Of a stretch of 64,000 nucleotides of DNA, positions 19,623 through 29,022 are shown piece by piece; the stretch's first letter is position 1, and every line of letters starts with the position of its first letter. The notes under the pieces were generated by a model that worked only from the letters and a program-made list of their open reading frames with translations, was not told where the DNA came from and made no database searches. The position numbers and the translations under genes were made by a program. This DNA comes from an uncultured Bacteroidia bacterium. GTDB lineage: Bacteria; Bacteroidota; Bacteroidia; Bacteroidales; UBA932. The stretch is from contig CACYCP010000057.1 of assembly GCA_902772985.1 (NCBI GenBank), forward strand, positions 4,643 to 68,642, written 5' to 3'.

Positions 19623-20609
19623 ATGAAATTCCTCACAGACGAAAAGCTCCTCATTGTCGGTGCAGCCGGCATGATTGGTTCCAACATGGTCCAGACCGCA
19701 GCAATGCTTGGCCTTACCCCTAACATTTGCCTCTACGATATATTCGAGCCCGGTCTCAAAGGTGTCCTGGCCGAAATGGACCACTGCGCCTTCCCCGGCG
19801 TCAACCTCACCGCCACCATCGATCCCGAGGTCGCTTTCAAGGATGCCAAGTACATCATTTCCTCCGGCGGCGCACCCCGCAAGGACGGCATGACCCGCGA
19901 AGACCTCCTGAAAGGCAACTGCCAGATTGCAGCCGAATTCGGCGACAACATCAAGAAGTACTGCCCGGACGCCAAGTTCGTCGTGGTCATCTTCAATCCG
20001 GCCGATGTCACTGCTCTCACCGCCCTCATCCATTCCGGCCTGAAGCCTTCACAGCTCACCTCCCTTGCCGCCCTTGACAGCACCCGCCTGCAGGAAGCCC
20101 TGGCACAGGAATTCGGCGTACAGCAGTGCAAGGTTACCGGCGCCTACACCTACGGCGGACACGGCGAAGCCATGGCAGTTTTCGCCTCCGGCGTCAAGGT
20201 TGACGGAAAGTCCCTGGCCGAATTGCGACTCTCTCCGGAGCGTTTCGCCGCCATCAAGCAGAACACCATCCAGGGTGGTTCCAACATCATCAAACTCCGT
20301 GGCCGCAGCTCCTTCCAGAGCCCTGCCTATCAGGCTGTTAAGATGATCGAGGCCGCTATGGGCGGAGAGGTATTCACCTGGCCCGCAGGTACTTATGTGA
20401 ACGAAGGCAAGTTCAGGAACGTGATGATGGCAATGCCCACCACCATCGATTCCACCGGCTGCCACTTCACCGAGCCCAAGGGAACTCCCGAAGAGATGGT
20501 CGCCCTCCTGGCTTCCTACCACCACCTGGTGAAGATGCGCGACGAGATCATCGACCTTGGCATCGTTCCTCCCACCTCCGAGTGGATCAAGGACAATCCG
20601 AATCTCTAA
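19623..20609 (+). CDS. mdh: Malate dehydrogenase
   Basis: GAAGMIG, GAPRKDGMTREDLL, NPAD, LDSTR, GGHG; strong codon bias. Confidence 0.93.
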   Translation: MKFLTDEKLLIVGAAGMIGSNMVQTAAMLGLTPNICLYDIFEPGLKGVLAEMDHCAFPGVNLTATIDPEVAFKDAKYIISSGGAPRKDGMTREDLLKGNCQIAAEFGDNIKKYCPDAKFVVVIFNPADVTALTALIHSGLKPSQLTSLAALDSTRLQEALAQEFGVQQCKVTGAYTYGGHGEAMAVFASGVKVDGKSLAELRLSPERFAAIKQNTIQGGSNIIKLRGRSSFQSPAYQAVKMIEAAMGGEVFTWPAGTYVNEGKFRNVMMAMPTTIDSTGCHFTEPKGTPEEMVALLASYHHLVKMRDEIIDLGIVPPTSEWIKDNPNL

Positions 20610-23002
20610 ACCGGCCAGAACATCAGGCCGATGCGGTAGGCGGCAAAGGCGCACAGCCACGCCACCAGAATAGTATAAAGACACAGGAGAATGGCCCAGC
20701 GCCATTTTCCTGTTTCGTTTTTAATGGCTACAAAGGTGGCGATGCAGGGGAAATATAGCAGAACGAACACCATGAAAGCCAGGGCTGCCGCTGTGTGGAC
20801 CGTGGCTTTGAGGGCGCTCTGCAGGGCGGTATCGTCGGAACTTCCAAGGTCCTCATACTCTTCACCGTCCTGGGCATACATGACGCCCATCGTGCTGATA
20901 ACCAGTTCTTTCGCCCCGACTCCTGCAAGCAGGCCCACATCCATTTTCCAATTGAAACCAAGGGGCTCCATGGCCGGCTCAATGGCCTTTCCTACCATTC
21001 CGATGTAGGAATGTTCCTGCTGGTAGGCCTTGCTTCCGCCTTCGTGTCTTGGGAAATAGCCAAGGAACCAAATCAGGACAGAGAAAATGAGAATTGTGGA
21101 GGCCATTTTCTCCAGGTACTGCCGGCCTTTTTCCCAGGTGTGCCGGCCGATAGCCTTAGCCGTCGGCACTCTGTATGGCGGCAGTTCCATTACGAAAGGC
21201 AAGTCGTCGTCCTTGACGAACTTTCCTATAATGAGAGCACTTACAATGGCCAGGATAACTCCCAACATATAAATACCCATCAGTGCCGATGCCGGACTTT
21301 CCGGGAAGAACGCCCCTGCGAAAAGGACGAAGATGGGCAGGCGTCCCGCGCACGACATAAAGGGAATGATGGCGATTGTCACCAGGCGGCTTTTCCGGCT
21401 TTCAATGGTTCGGGTGGCCATAATAGCCGGCACATTGCAGCCGAAACCCATCACCATGGGAATGAAGGATTTTCCGTGGAGGCCTATCCTGTGCATCAGT
21501 TTGTCCACGATGAAAGCAGCCCTGGCCATATAGCCGCTGTCTTCCATAATGGAAATGAAAAAGTACAGGATAAGGATGTTCGGGAGGAACACCAGGACGC
21601 TTCCGACACCTGCAACAACCCCATCGACCACCAAGTCTTTCACCCAGCCATCTTTCATCATTCCGCCAAGGAAGTCTCCAAGCCACGACACTCCGGAGTC
21701 AATCCAGTCCATAGGATACTGGCCCAGGGTAAAGGTGGCCCAGAAAATGAACCAGAGCAGGATGATGAAAATAGGGAAGGCAAGCCACTGATTAGTGACG
21801 AACGCATCAATTTTGTCGGTAAATGTACGTTTTGGCCTTTCTTGCTGGTACTTTTCGTAGGTCTCTGCAAGGGCACCCTGAATGAAGGCATACTTGGCGT
21901 CGACCACCGCGCTTTCGGCATTCGTATCAAGTAACTCCTGGATGCGGGCATCCTCTTCTTCCCGTGCTTTGAGAATCTCATCGGCATTCGGCAACTTGTT
22001 CACAAGGCCCATTACTTCCTTGTCTCCCTCCAGGCATTTTATGGCCAGGTAGCGCGCGGAATAATGTGCACGGATTTCCTCGTTTTCATAGATGAGGGTC
22101 CTGAGCCGTGTGATGCTCTTTTCAATTTCGGCCCCGTGATTGATGTGCAGGTGTCGGGAAAGTTTAGGATCGGCCTGGGTGTAAATCTTTATGACGGTGT
22201 CGAAGAGCTCCGGGATGCCGCGTCCGTCACGGCTTACCGTGGGGCACACCGGCATTCCAAGCAGCCAGCCCAGTTGTTTCACATCCAGGCGGTCGCCTTT
22301 GTTCTCCAGCTCGTCATACATGTTCAGCGCCATCACCGTGCGCAGGTTCATGTCTATAAGCTGGGTGGTCAGGTAAAGGTTCCTCTCTATGTTGGAAGCG
22401 TCCACCACGTTTATCACAACGTCGGGCATCGATTCCTGCAGGTTTTGGCGCACAAAAAGTTCCTCCGGGGAATATGCGCTTAGCGAATAAGTGCCCGGGA
22501 GGTCCACCAAGGTGATGTCGTAGCCCTTGAACTTGAACGAGCCTTCCTTCGCATCCACGGTAACGCCGGAGTAATTGCCAACGTGCTCGTGACTGCCCGA
22601 CGCAATGTTGAAAAGAGAGGTTTTCCCGCAGTTCGGGTTGCCCACCAGGGCCACGCGAATATTATGCTGCCGCTCCTCGGCAACGTGGGCCAGAGCCTTG
22701 TCCAGACGCTCTTTATCGGCCAAATCCCCCGGAAGAGCCTGAAGATGCTCATCGCTAACCAAGGCCTCCTTCGCCTCCTCCTCGGCCACAACCTCGATCT
22801 GCCGCGCCTCCTCCCTTCTCAGTGAAACCCTGTAGCCGATAATTTCGTATTCGATGGGATCCTTCAGGGGTGCGTTCAGGACAACCCTCACCTCTTTCCC
22901 CTGGATAAAACCCATCTCTATAAGGCGTTTACGGAAGCCGCCGTGACCGTTCACACGAACGATAACGGCTTTCTCGCCAGTCGACAAATCTGCAAGTATC
23001 AT
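20606..23002 (-). CDS. feoB: Ferrous iron transporter FeoB with fused N-terminal FeoA domain
   Basis: FeoA (RLIEMG, APLKDPI, SLRREEA), GNPNCGKT, GVTVD, DLPG, NMYD, GFGCNVPA, MELPPY, YFPC. Confidence 0.96.
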   Translation of the reverse strand: MILADLSTGEKAVIVRVNGHGGFRKRLIEMGFIQGKEVRVVLNAPLKDPIEYEIIGYRVSLRREEARQIEVVAEEEAKEALVSDEHLQALPGDLADKERLDKALAHVAEERQHNIRVALVGNPNCGKTSLFNIASGSHEHVGNYSGVTVDAKEGSFKFKGYDITLVDLPGTYSLSAYSPEELFVRQNLQESMPDVVINVVDASNIERNLYLTTQLIDMNLRTVMALNMYDELENKGDRLDVKQLGWLLGMPVCPTVSRDGRGIPELFDTVIKIYTQADPKLSRHLHINHGAEIEKSITRLRTLIYENEEIRAHYSARYLAIKCLEGDKEVMGLVNKLPNADEILKAREEEDARIQELLDTNAESAVVDAKYAFIQGALAETYEKYQQERPKRTFTDKIDAFVTNQWLAFPIFIILLWFIFWATFTLGQYPMDWIDSGVSWLGDFLGGMMKDGWVKDLVVDGVVAGVGSVLVFLPNILILYFFISIMEDSGYMARAAFIVDKLMHRIGLHGKSFIPMVMGFGCNVPAIMATRTIESRKSRLVTIAIIPFMSCAGRLPIFVLFAGAFFPESPASALMGIYMLGVILAIVSALIIGKFVKDDDLPFVMELPPYRVPTAKAIGRHTWEKGRQYLEKMASTILIFSVLIWFLGYFPRHEGGSKAYQQEHSYIGMVGKAIEPAMEPLGFNWKMDVGLLAGVGAKELVISTMGVMYAQDGEEYEDLGSSDDTALQSALKATVHTAAALAFMVFVLLYFPCIATFVAIKNETGKWRWAILLCLYTILVAWLCAFAAYRIGLMFWPV

Positions 23003-23025
23003 ATTTCTGCGTTTTGCGCTGGGCG

Positions 23026-23075
23026 CAAAGTTACACCATAAACCCTCTCCCGTCAATCCCTATTTATGGGGATTT
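23026..23075 (-). promoter_or_regulatory. feoB promoter with palindromic operator AATCCC-N8-GGGATT overlapping the -33 element
   Basis: Minus strand AAATCCCCATAAATAGGGATTG-N20-TAACTTTG. Confidence 0.7.
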
Positions 23076-23110
23076 ATAGTAATTCCCGATAATTTGCCTA
23101 TCTTTGGAAT

Positions 23111-24145
23111 ATGAATAAACGAGTTGAAGCAATAGATGTTCTGCGGGGAATTACGATGGCTCTGATGATTCTGGTGAATAATCCGGGATCGTGGAGCACC
23201 AAATACCCCATGCTCAGCCATGCGGAATGGAACGGTTTCACTCCAACGGATTTCGTGTTTCCGAATTTCCTCTTCATTATGGGCGTGTCCATGTTTTTCT
23301 CTTTGAGGAAAAGCAATTTCAGCCTGTCCTGGAAGATGGGAAAACGCTTCCTGCTGCTTTTCGGTTTCGGGCTGACGTGCAATGCAATTGGAATGCTGGT
23401 AGGGGGACGCTGGAGCTTGGAGCATTTCCGCATCTTGGGCGTTTTGCAGCGTTTTGCCCTGTGCTTCGGGGCAACGGCCCTTCTGGTTTGCCTTCTGGAC
23501 CACAAATGGCTGGGATGGATTGCCGCGGGCCTTCTTCTGCTCTATTCCATCCTGCTGCTTGCCTTCAACGGCTATGTCCAAGGCCCTGAAAGCATTATTT
23601 ATAAGTTTGACAGTGCCATCCTGGGCGAAAACCACCTTTATCGTTACGGCAATGGCATAGACCCGGAAGGCCTTCTTTCCACGATTTCTGCCATAGCGCA
23701 CACCATCATCGGCTTCATTGTGGGTAAGATATTGTTCCAGAAGGATTTCAGGAAGATGGATTCGCTGGGAACCGGGATGCTTGTGGGCGGCCTGCTCCTA
23801 ATGTGGCTCCTTCCTTTGAACAAGAAGATATGGTCCCCTTCCTTCGTGCTGGTGGCCTGCGGTCTGGGTACGCTCCTTCTTGGCCTTTTCCATTATCTGA
23901 TTGACGAAAAGAGCTATCTGAAGCACATTGGATTCTGGAAAGTCTTCGGCTCAAATGCCATTTATTGCTACCTGATAGCCCACGTTTATGCCTGGTGCGT
24001 ATCTCTTTCCGGCATCAGGGGGCCGATAATGGATGCGCTTGGTGAGAACAATTTCACTTCGCTCCTGTATGCCATTTTCTCCGTCCTGTTGGTATGGCTG
24101 GCGACTGTTCCGCTCTACAAGAAAAAGATATTCCTGAAGCTGTAG
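23111..24145 (+). CDS. HGSNAT/NagX-like (DUF5009) membrane acyltransferase family protein
   Basis: AIDVLRG, MILVNNPG, HAEWNG, DFVFP, GVLQR, DPEG, NKKIWSPSF. Confidence 0.87.
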   Translation: MNKRVEAIDVLRGITMALMILVNNPGSWSTKYPMLSHAEWNGFTPTDFVFPNFLFIMGVSMFFSLRKSNFSLSWKMGKRFLLLFGFGLTCNAIGMLVGGRWSLEHFRILGVLQRFALCFGATALLVCLLDHKWLGWIAAGLLLLYSILLLAFNGYVQGPESIIYKFDSAILGENHLYRYGNGIDPEGLLSTISAIAHTIIGFIVGKILFQKDFRKMDSLGTGMLVGGLLLMWLLPLNKKIWSPSFVLVACGLGTLLLGLFHYLIDEKSYLKHIGFWKVFGSNAIYCYLIAHVYAWCVSLSGIRGPIMDALGENNFTSLLYAIFSVLLVWLATVPLYKKKIFLKL

Positions 24146-24146
24146 A

Positions 24147-25469
24147 ATGAAGGCAAAAGGTCATAAAATGAGCGGATGGCTTGCCCTGAGTCCGCTGCTG
24201 GTGTTTCTTGCGATTTACCTCGCGGGATCCATCATTGCCCGGGATTTCTACAAAGTTCCGGTTGCCGCCGCCTTCATCATAGCATCGGCCTATGCCTTTT
24301 TCATTACCCGGGACGTGTCGGGAACGGGGCAGAAGATAAGCATTTTCTCCAAGGGTGCCGGAGGACAGAATGTGCTGCTGATGATATGGGTTTTCACCCT
24401 TGCAGGAGCGTTTGCCTCGACCGCCAAGGACATAGGAGCCATTGACGCAACAGTCAATGCAACCCTCCATATCCTCCCGGGAAAGCTCCTTTACGCCGGC
24501 CTTTTCCTGGCATCTTGCTTCATCTCCATGGCAATAGGAACATCCGTAGGAACCATCGTCGCTCTTGTGCCGATAGCGGGAGGCCTGGCATCGGAAACCA
24601 GCCTGAGCCTGCCTCTCCTGACGGCGATTATCGTTGGCGGAGCCTTCTTCGGCGATAACCTTTCCTTCATTTCAGACACCACGGTCGCTGCCACCAAAAG
24701 CCTTGGCTGCTCCATGCGGGACAAGTTCCGCGCGAATTTCAAAGTGGCCGCTCCGGCCGCCCTCGTGACCACCGCCATCTATGTGTTCCTGGGGCTGAAC
24801 ATCAACGCCGTGCCGCCCCAGGCCCATCTGGATTGGCTTGGCCTTGTGCCGTATCTCCTTGTCATAGGCCTGGCCCTTTCCGGAATGAACGTTGTCACCG
24901 TCCTTGCAATTGGCATCGGCTTCAACGGAATTGTCGGCTGGTTCCGGGGCTCGTTCGATTTTGTTGGGTGGATGGCCTCAATAGGCGGAGGAATCGGCTC
25001 GATGGGTGAACTCATTATCGTTACCCTTCTGGCCGGCGGCATGCTGGAGATAATCAGGCATAACGGAGGACTGGATTTCATTATCGGCGGCCTGACCAGG
25101 CGCATCCATACCTCGCGCGGAGCCTCTTTTTCCATAGCTGCACTTGTGTCGCTGGTCAATTTCTGCACGGCCAACAACACCATCGCCATTATCACGGTAG
25201 GGCCTCTCGCCAAAGATATTTCCAACCGCTACGGCCTGGACCCGAAAAAGTCGGCCTCCATCCTGGACACCTTCTCCTGCCTTATACAGGGAATTATTCC
25301 CTATGGAGCGCAAATGCTTATGGCGGTGGGACTTTCGGGCGTTTCGGCCCTCTCCATCCTGGGATATCTGTACTACCCCCTTATCCTTGGCGTTTTCGCC
25401 TGTGCGGCCATCTTCTTTATGAAAAAACCCTCCGGACTTCTCAGCCAGGAGGATATAACACAACAATAA
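24147..25469 (+). CDS. NhaC-family Na+/H+ antiporter / amino-acid transporter
   Basis: GTSVGT, GGAFFGDNLSFISDTT, ANNTIAI, IPYGAQ. Confidence 0.88.
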   Translation: MKAKGHKMSGWLALSPLLVFLAIYLAGSIIARDFYKVPVAAAFIIASAYAFFITRDVSGTGQKISIFSKGAGGQNVLLMIWVFTLAGAFASTAKDIGAIDATVNATLHILPGKLLYAGLFLASCFISMAIGTSVGTIVALVPIAGGLASETSLSLPLLTAIIVGGAFFGDNLSFISDTTVAATKSLGCSMRDKFRANFKVAAPAALVTTAIYVFLGLNINAVPPQAHLDWLGLVPYLLVIGLALSGMNVVTVLAIGIGFNGIVGWFRGSFDFVGWMASIGGGIGSMGELIIVTLLAGGMLEIIRHNGGLDFIIGGLTRRIHTSRGASFSIAALVSLVNFCTANNTIAIITVGPLAKDISNRYGLDPKKSASILDTFSCLIQGIIPYGAQMLMAVGLSGVSALSILGYLYYPLILGVFACAAIFFMKKPSGLLSQEDITQQ

Positions 25470-25477
25470 AAGGATCT
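25422..25477 (-). ncRNA. Candidate ~56-nt sRNA, antisense to the nhaC 3' end
   Basis: Own promoter (ATTG-N20-TACCTTTG), U-rich single-stranded 5' part, GAGA-tetraloop hairpin 25453-25428, then U6 at 25427-25422. Confidence 0.65.
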
Positions 25478-25481
25478 TTTG

Positions 25482-25531
25482 CAAAGGTACGTCGCCTTCC
25501 CGCACCCCGCAATCCCTATTTATTGGTATTT
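25482..25531 (-). promoter_or_regulatory. Promoter carrying a second copy of the feoB operator
   Basis: Minus strand AAATACCAATAAATAGGGATTG-N20-TACCTTTG; 20/22 identical to 23054-23075. Confidence 0.7.
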
Positions 25532-25562
25532 GGTGCCATAGGGGATGGCTGGCCCCCAATCC

Positions 25563-26726
25563 CTAAATTTTTAGTTTGAGACCAAGTTTGCCAATGCCCC
25601 AGGCCACTGCGATGCACAAGGCCGAAAACAGGGCGCATTTCAGCGCGCCGACCCCGCCGCTTAACCACTGCGGTATTTCAGGAGACAGAAATACCCAGAA
25701 ACTATAGAAGAAATAGGGTATCATATAAACGGTGAGGGTAGCCGTTCCTGCAGTGGCCAAAGGACGGAACCAGGCAGTGAGCCGCTTCCTTTCAAGAATG
25801 CGAAGCAGGGTAAACAAGGCCACGGAAATGGCGCTCACCAGAAGACACCAGGGCAAGGTCCCGATGTTCTTGGAAATGATGAACCAGTGGTGGGCCAAAA
25901 ATCCAAGGCCACCCAGAATTATTGCTGCCGAAAAACCGAACAGGCTGCGGTAGGACGGCGTTTTCTTAAGAAGGTCTGCGCTTGCCAAGGTGGTGAGAAG
26001 ACCGCCGATGGCCATAATGCAACTGTGACCGTTTCCAACGTGCAGGGCCCCCGCGAAGTCGAAAATGAAGTTTCTTCCCAAAAGCGGTTCCCCGCCCCTT
26101 AGCGGCACCGAGCAAATGTTAACGGCACAAAGCGCCAGCCAGATAATCGGCAGCACCCACTTTCGCTCCCGGCAAAGCAAATAAGCCGTTGCCGAGAAAA
26201 GGTACATCCAGCCAATCTGCCCCAGGATACCCCACCAGCCGGAACGGAACAGATTCCCGTCGGGACTGCGATATGCAATGGCAAGGCCGCAGAGGACGGC
26301 CACTCCCAGAAGCCGCAGCCAGCGGGCGGCACGGAAGTCCTTTTTGTACTGGTTCCACACAAGGAAGAAGCCAAGCAGCATCACCAGCCAGTAAAGGCCT
26401 TTGTTCCAGGCCACCCCAGCTTCGGAATTGACAATGAAAGTGCCCATAAGAAGAAGGGCCAGCGTCCTCAGGAGCACGTGGGTAAAACACTCCCATAGGG
26501 AAGCCCCCTTGGCCAGGCGGTTCTCAATGGCAAGCGGAATGCTCATTCCCATTGCAAAAAGGAACATCGGATAAACTATGTCGGCAAGACTCATTCCGTC
26601 TTCCCAGGTGGCGAAATGCACCATCCACGCCGGAGCGTCAATGACTGTCCAAGCGTCGTTTACGAAAATCATCAAGGCCATAACCAAGGCCCTGAACATA
26701 TCTACTGCAAGGTTTCTGTTATTCAT
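25563..26726 (-). CDS. DUF5009 / HGSNAT-like membrane protein
   Basis: AVDMFRA, MIFVND, LADIVYPMFLFAMGMSIP, WWGILG, ISKN. Confidence 0.85.
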   Translation of the reverse strand: MNNRNLAVDMFRALVMALMIFVNDAWTVIDAPAWMVHFATWEDGMSLADIVYPMFLFAMGMSIPLAIENRLAKGASLWECFTHVLLRTLALLLMGTFIVNSEAGVAWNKGLYWLVMLLGFFLVWNQYKKDFRAARWLRLLGVAVLCGLAIAYRSPDGNLFRSGWWGILGQIGWMYLFSATAYLLCRERKWVLPIIWLALCAVNICSVPLRGGEPLLGRNFIFDFAGALHVGNGHSCIMAIGGLLTTLASADLLKKTPSYRSLFGFSAAIILGGLGFLAHHWFIISKNIGTLPWCLLVSAISVALFTLLRILERKRLTAWFRPLATAGTATLTVYMIPYFFYSFWVFLSPEIPQWLSGGVGALKCALFSALCIAVAWGIGKLGLKLKI

Positions 26727-26812
26727 ATTGCAAATATACAAATAATCAGCCGTTCGTGGGTATCTAAAAAATTGGTATATTTGCGCTCGGAAATTTAATG
26801 TAAACACAAATT

Positions 26813-27487
26813 ATGAAAAAGTTATTTGTTTCTATCCTTTCGGCAGCCCTGATGCTTGCAGCCACCAACCTTAACGCTCAGGTCGTTGTAGGCGCCGGTT
26901 ACCTCCTCTCCCTTGAAAAAACCGTTAATTCCGGCAACGGCAGTCCTGCCGACAACGCCGTCCTGAACGGCGGCTTCTTCGGTGCAAGTTATAATTTCCG
27001 CATTGTCGCTGGCCTCGGTGTGGCTCCCGGTCTTTATGGCACCCTCCTTGCCTTCAACGACACCTCTGAAGCAGGTGGAGGCGGAGCAATCATCAGCCTT
27101 ACTGGCCGATATCGCGAGTTCGCTCTCAATGTCCCCTTGAACATTACCTACAACTTCGACATCAGCGACAGGATTTCCCTCTTCGCTTTCGCAGGTCCGG
27201 TGTTCCAGTGCGGCATCGTGAGCAAGACTACCGTTACCGCCGGAGCGAATATCAGCATCTTCGGCAAAAAGTTCAACATAGCTGAAGACGAGAAATATAA
27301 CCATTACGATCCCGAGAAAGGCGACCGCAATCGCTTCAACCTGTACCTTGGCGGCGGCGTAGGTGCCCAGTTCGGTGACATCCAGGTGCTTCTGGGCTAC
27401 GACGCCAGTCTCCTGGATGTAGACAGGTACGACGGTTTCCGCACTTCCCGCAACCAGATCAAGATAGGAATCAATTTCTCCTTCTAA
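26813..27487 (+). CDS. Small outer-membrane beta-barrel protein
   Basis: Signal peptide (LNA-Q), amphipathic strands, C-terminal GINFSF BAM signal. Confidence 0.82.
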   Translation: MKKLFVSILSAALMLAATNLNAQVVVGAGYLLSLEKTVNSGNGSPADNAVLNGGFFGASYNFRIVAGLGVAPGLYGTLLAFNDTSEAGGGGAIISLTGRYREFALNVPLNITYNFDISDRISLFAFAGPVFQCGIVSKTTVTAGANISIFGKKFNIAEDEKYNHYDPEKGDRNRFNLYLGGGVGAQFGDIQVLLGYDASLLDVDRYDGFRTSRNQIKIGINFSF

Positions 27488-28062
27488 GGATTTCTGGAAG
27501 AGAATTCACAGCCGCAGTACAGCTGGTTGTAGAAATTTTCTTCTTTGATAATTTCATTCCGGCGTTCCTGAAGGCCACCTTTACGCCAGTTTTGGGCCCA
27601 CCAGGTAACGCCGGAAACTTTTTCACACGCCCAGCGCCCGGCCTCGTCCACCTGCTCCAGGCTTTTCCATCGGGACGACGCAAGAGTGGTTGCCAGATAG
27701 TCGAAACCATTGGCCGAAGCATACTCGGCAGCCCTTAAAAGGCGGAATTTGAAGCATTCCAGGCAACGGGTGCCGCGTTCCGGCTCGTCTGCAAGCTTCG
27801 AAGCCACCTCCCTCCAAGCCTCGTGGTCATATTCATCGGCCACAATTTCAAGGCCCCATTTATGGGCATAACGAATGCACTCGTTGCAGCGGCGGGAATA
27901 TTCCTCCAGGGGATAAATATTTGAATTAGAATAGAAAATCACCGGACGAACGCCCCCCTCTACCAAAGCCTCCACAATGGCTCCGGAACAAGGCGCGCAG
28001 CACGCGTGCAGCAAAACCCGCGCACCGCAGGGGGGAAGTTCAATTTTTACCGGCGTTTTCAC
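27484..28062 (-). CDS. queH: Epoxyqueuosine reductase QueH
   Basis: LLHACCAPCS, NIYPLEEY, PERGTRCLEC, YNQLYCGCEFS. Confidence 0.93.
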   Translation of the reverse strand: MKTPVKIELPPCGARVLLHACCAPCSGAIVEALVEGGVRPVIFYSNSNIYPLEEYSRRCNECIRYAHKWGLEIVADEYDHEAWREVASKLADEPERGTRCLECFKFRLLRAAEYASANGFDYLATTLASSRWKSLEQVDEAGRWACEKVSGVTWWAQNWRKGGLQERRNEIIKEENFYNQLYCGCEFSSRNP

Positions 28063-28107
28063 AAGGCAAAGATACTCTTTTCTCGCGGAAAAAGTGTATC
28101 TTTGTCT

Positions 28108-29019
28108 ATGCTACCAAATCTGGACATGAAAATGGCCGAGCTGCTCGATGCCGACTTCTCGCTTTGCGGGGTTTTCAGCCGTATGGGTTTGAATTATGGC
28201 GTCGCCGATGCCTCGGTAGAGGAAGTCTGCCGCCGCCAGGGCGTAGATCCGGAGACCTTCCTCCTCATTTGCCGTGTTTATGCCTCGGATAACTTCCGCC
28301 CGGATGCTGCCGCCCTCGAAAAGGCCGATGCGAAGGAAATCGTCAATTACCTGAGCCGTTCGCACAGCTATTATATGGAAGTGGCCCTTCAATCCCTGGA
28401 GGACGGCCTTCGGCGTGTCGTCCAGACCACGGACGAAAGGAGCCGCGGCATCATACGCAAATTCTTCACCGACTACAAGGAGGAGCTCGCCCGTCACTTC
28501 GAATACGAAGAGCAGAACGTTTTCCCCTATTTGGAAACCGGGGTATCGGCCAATTTCAAAGTGGACGAATTCGAAGATACGCACGAAAGCGTAGAGGAAA
28601 AGCTGGAAGACCTTAAGAACCTGCTTATCAAGTATATGCCGGAAGGGAGCGACCAGAAGGCAGCGGCCTGGACCATGCAGCAACTGCTTATGCTGGGAGG
28701 CGACATCCAGAAGCACATCATCCTGGAAGACGCCATCCTGGCGCCGAAGCTCCGCCCCAAGGCCAGGGAGAGGCTGGAAGCCAAGTTTGAAGCGGCGGCG
28801 ACGGAAAGCGACCTTCTTACGGCCCGGGAAAAGGAAATCCTGGTGTGCGTCGCTAAGGGAATGCTGAACAAGGAAATTGCCGATCTGTGCAATCTCTCCA
28901 TCCACACCGTCATCTCCCACAGGAAGAACATTACACGGAAAACCGGCATCAAAACCGTCGCCGGTCTCACGGTGTATGCCTTGCTGAACAATTTGATAGA
29001 TATGAATTCAATCGAATAA
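28108..29019 (+). CDS. Hemerythrin/RIC-like domain plus LuxR HTH transcriptional regulator
   Basis: ScdA_N-like start, HSYY / HFEYEE / HESVEE / HIILED ligand motifs, C-terminal LTAREKEIL...NKEIA...SIHTVISHRKNI. Confidence 0.88.
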   Translation: MLPNLDMKMAELLDADFSLCGVFSRMGLNYGVADASVEEVCRRQGVDPETFLLICRVYASDNFRPDAAALEKADAKEIVNYLSRSHSYYMEVALQSLEDGLRRVVQTTDERSRGIIRKFFTDYKEELARHFEYEEQNVFPYLETGVSANFKVDEFEDTHESVEEKLEDLKNLLIKYMPEGSDQKAAAWTMQQLLMLGGDIQKHIILEDAILAPKLRPKARERLEAKFEAAATESDLLTAREKEILVCVAKGMLNKEIADLCNLSIHTVISHRKNITRKTGIKTVAGLTVYALLNNLIDMNSIE

Positions 29020-29022
29020 AAA

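Noticed and set aside
23054-25531. attL/attR direct repeats flanking an inserted HGSNAT-nhaC island
   Set aside because: No integrase; both copies sit at the same promoter position, which fits operators better.
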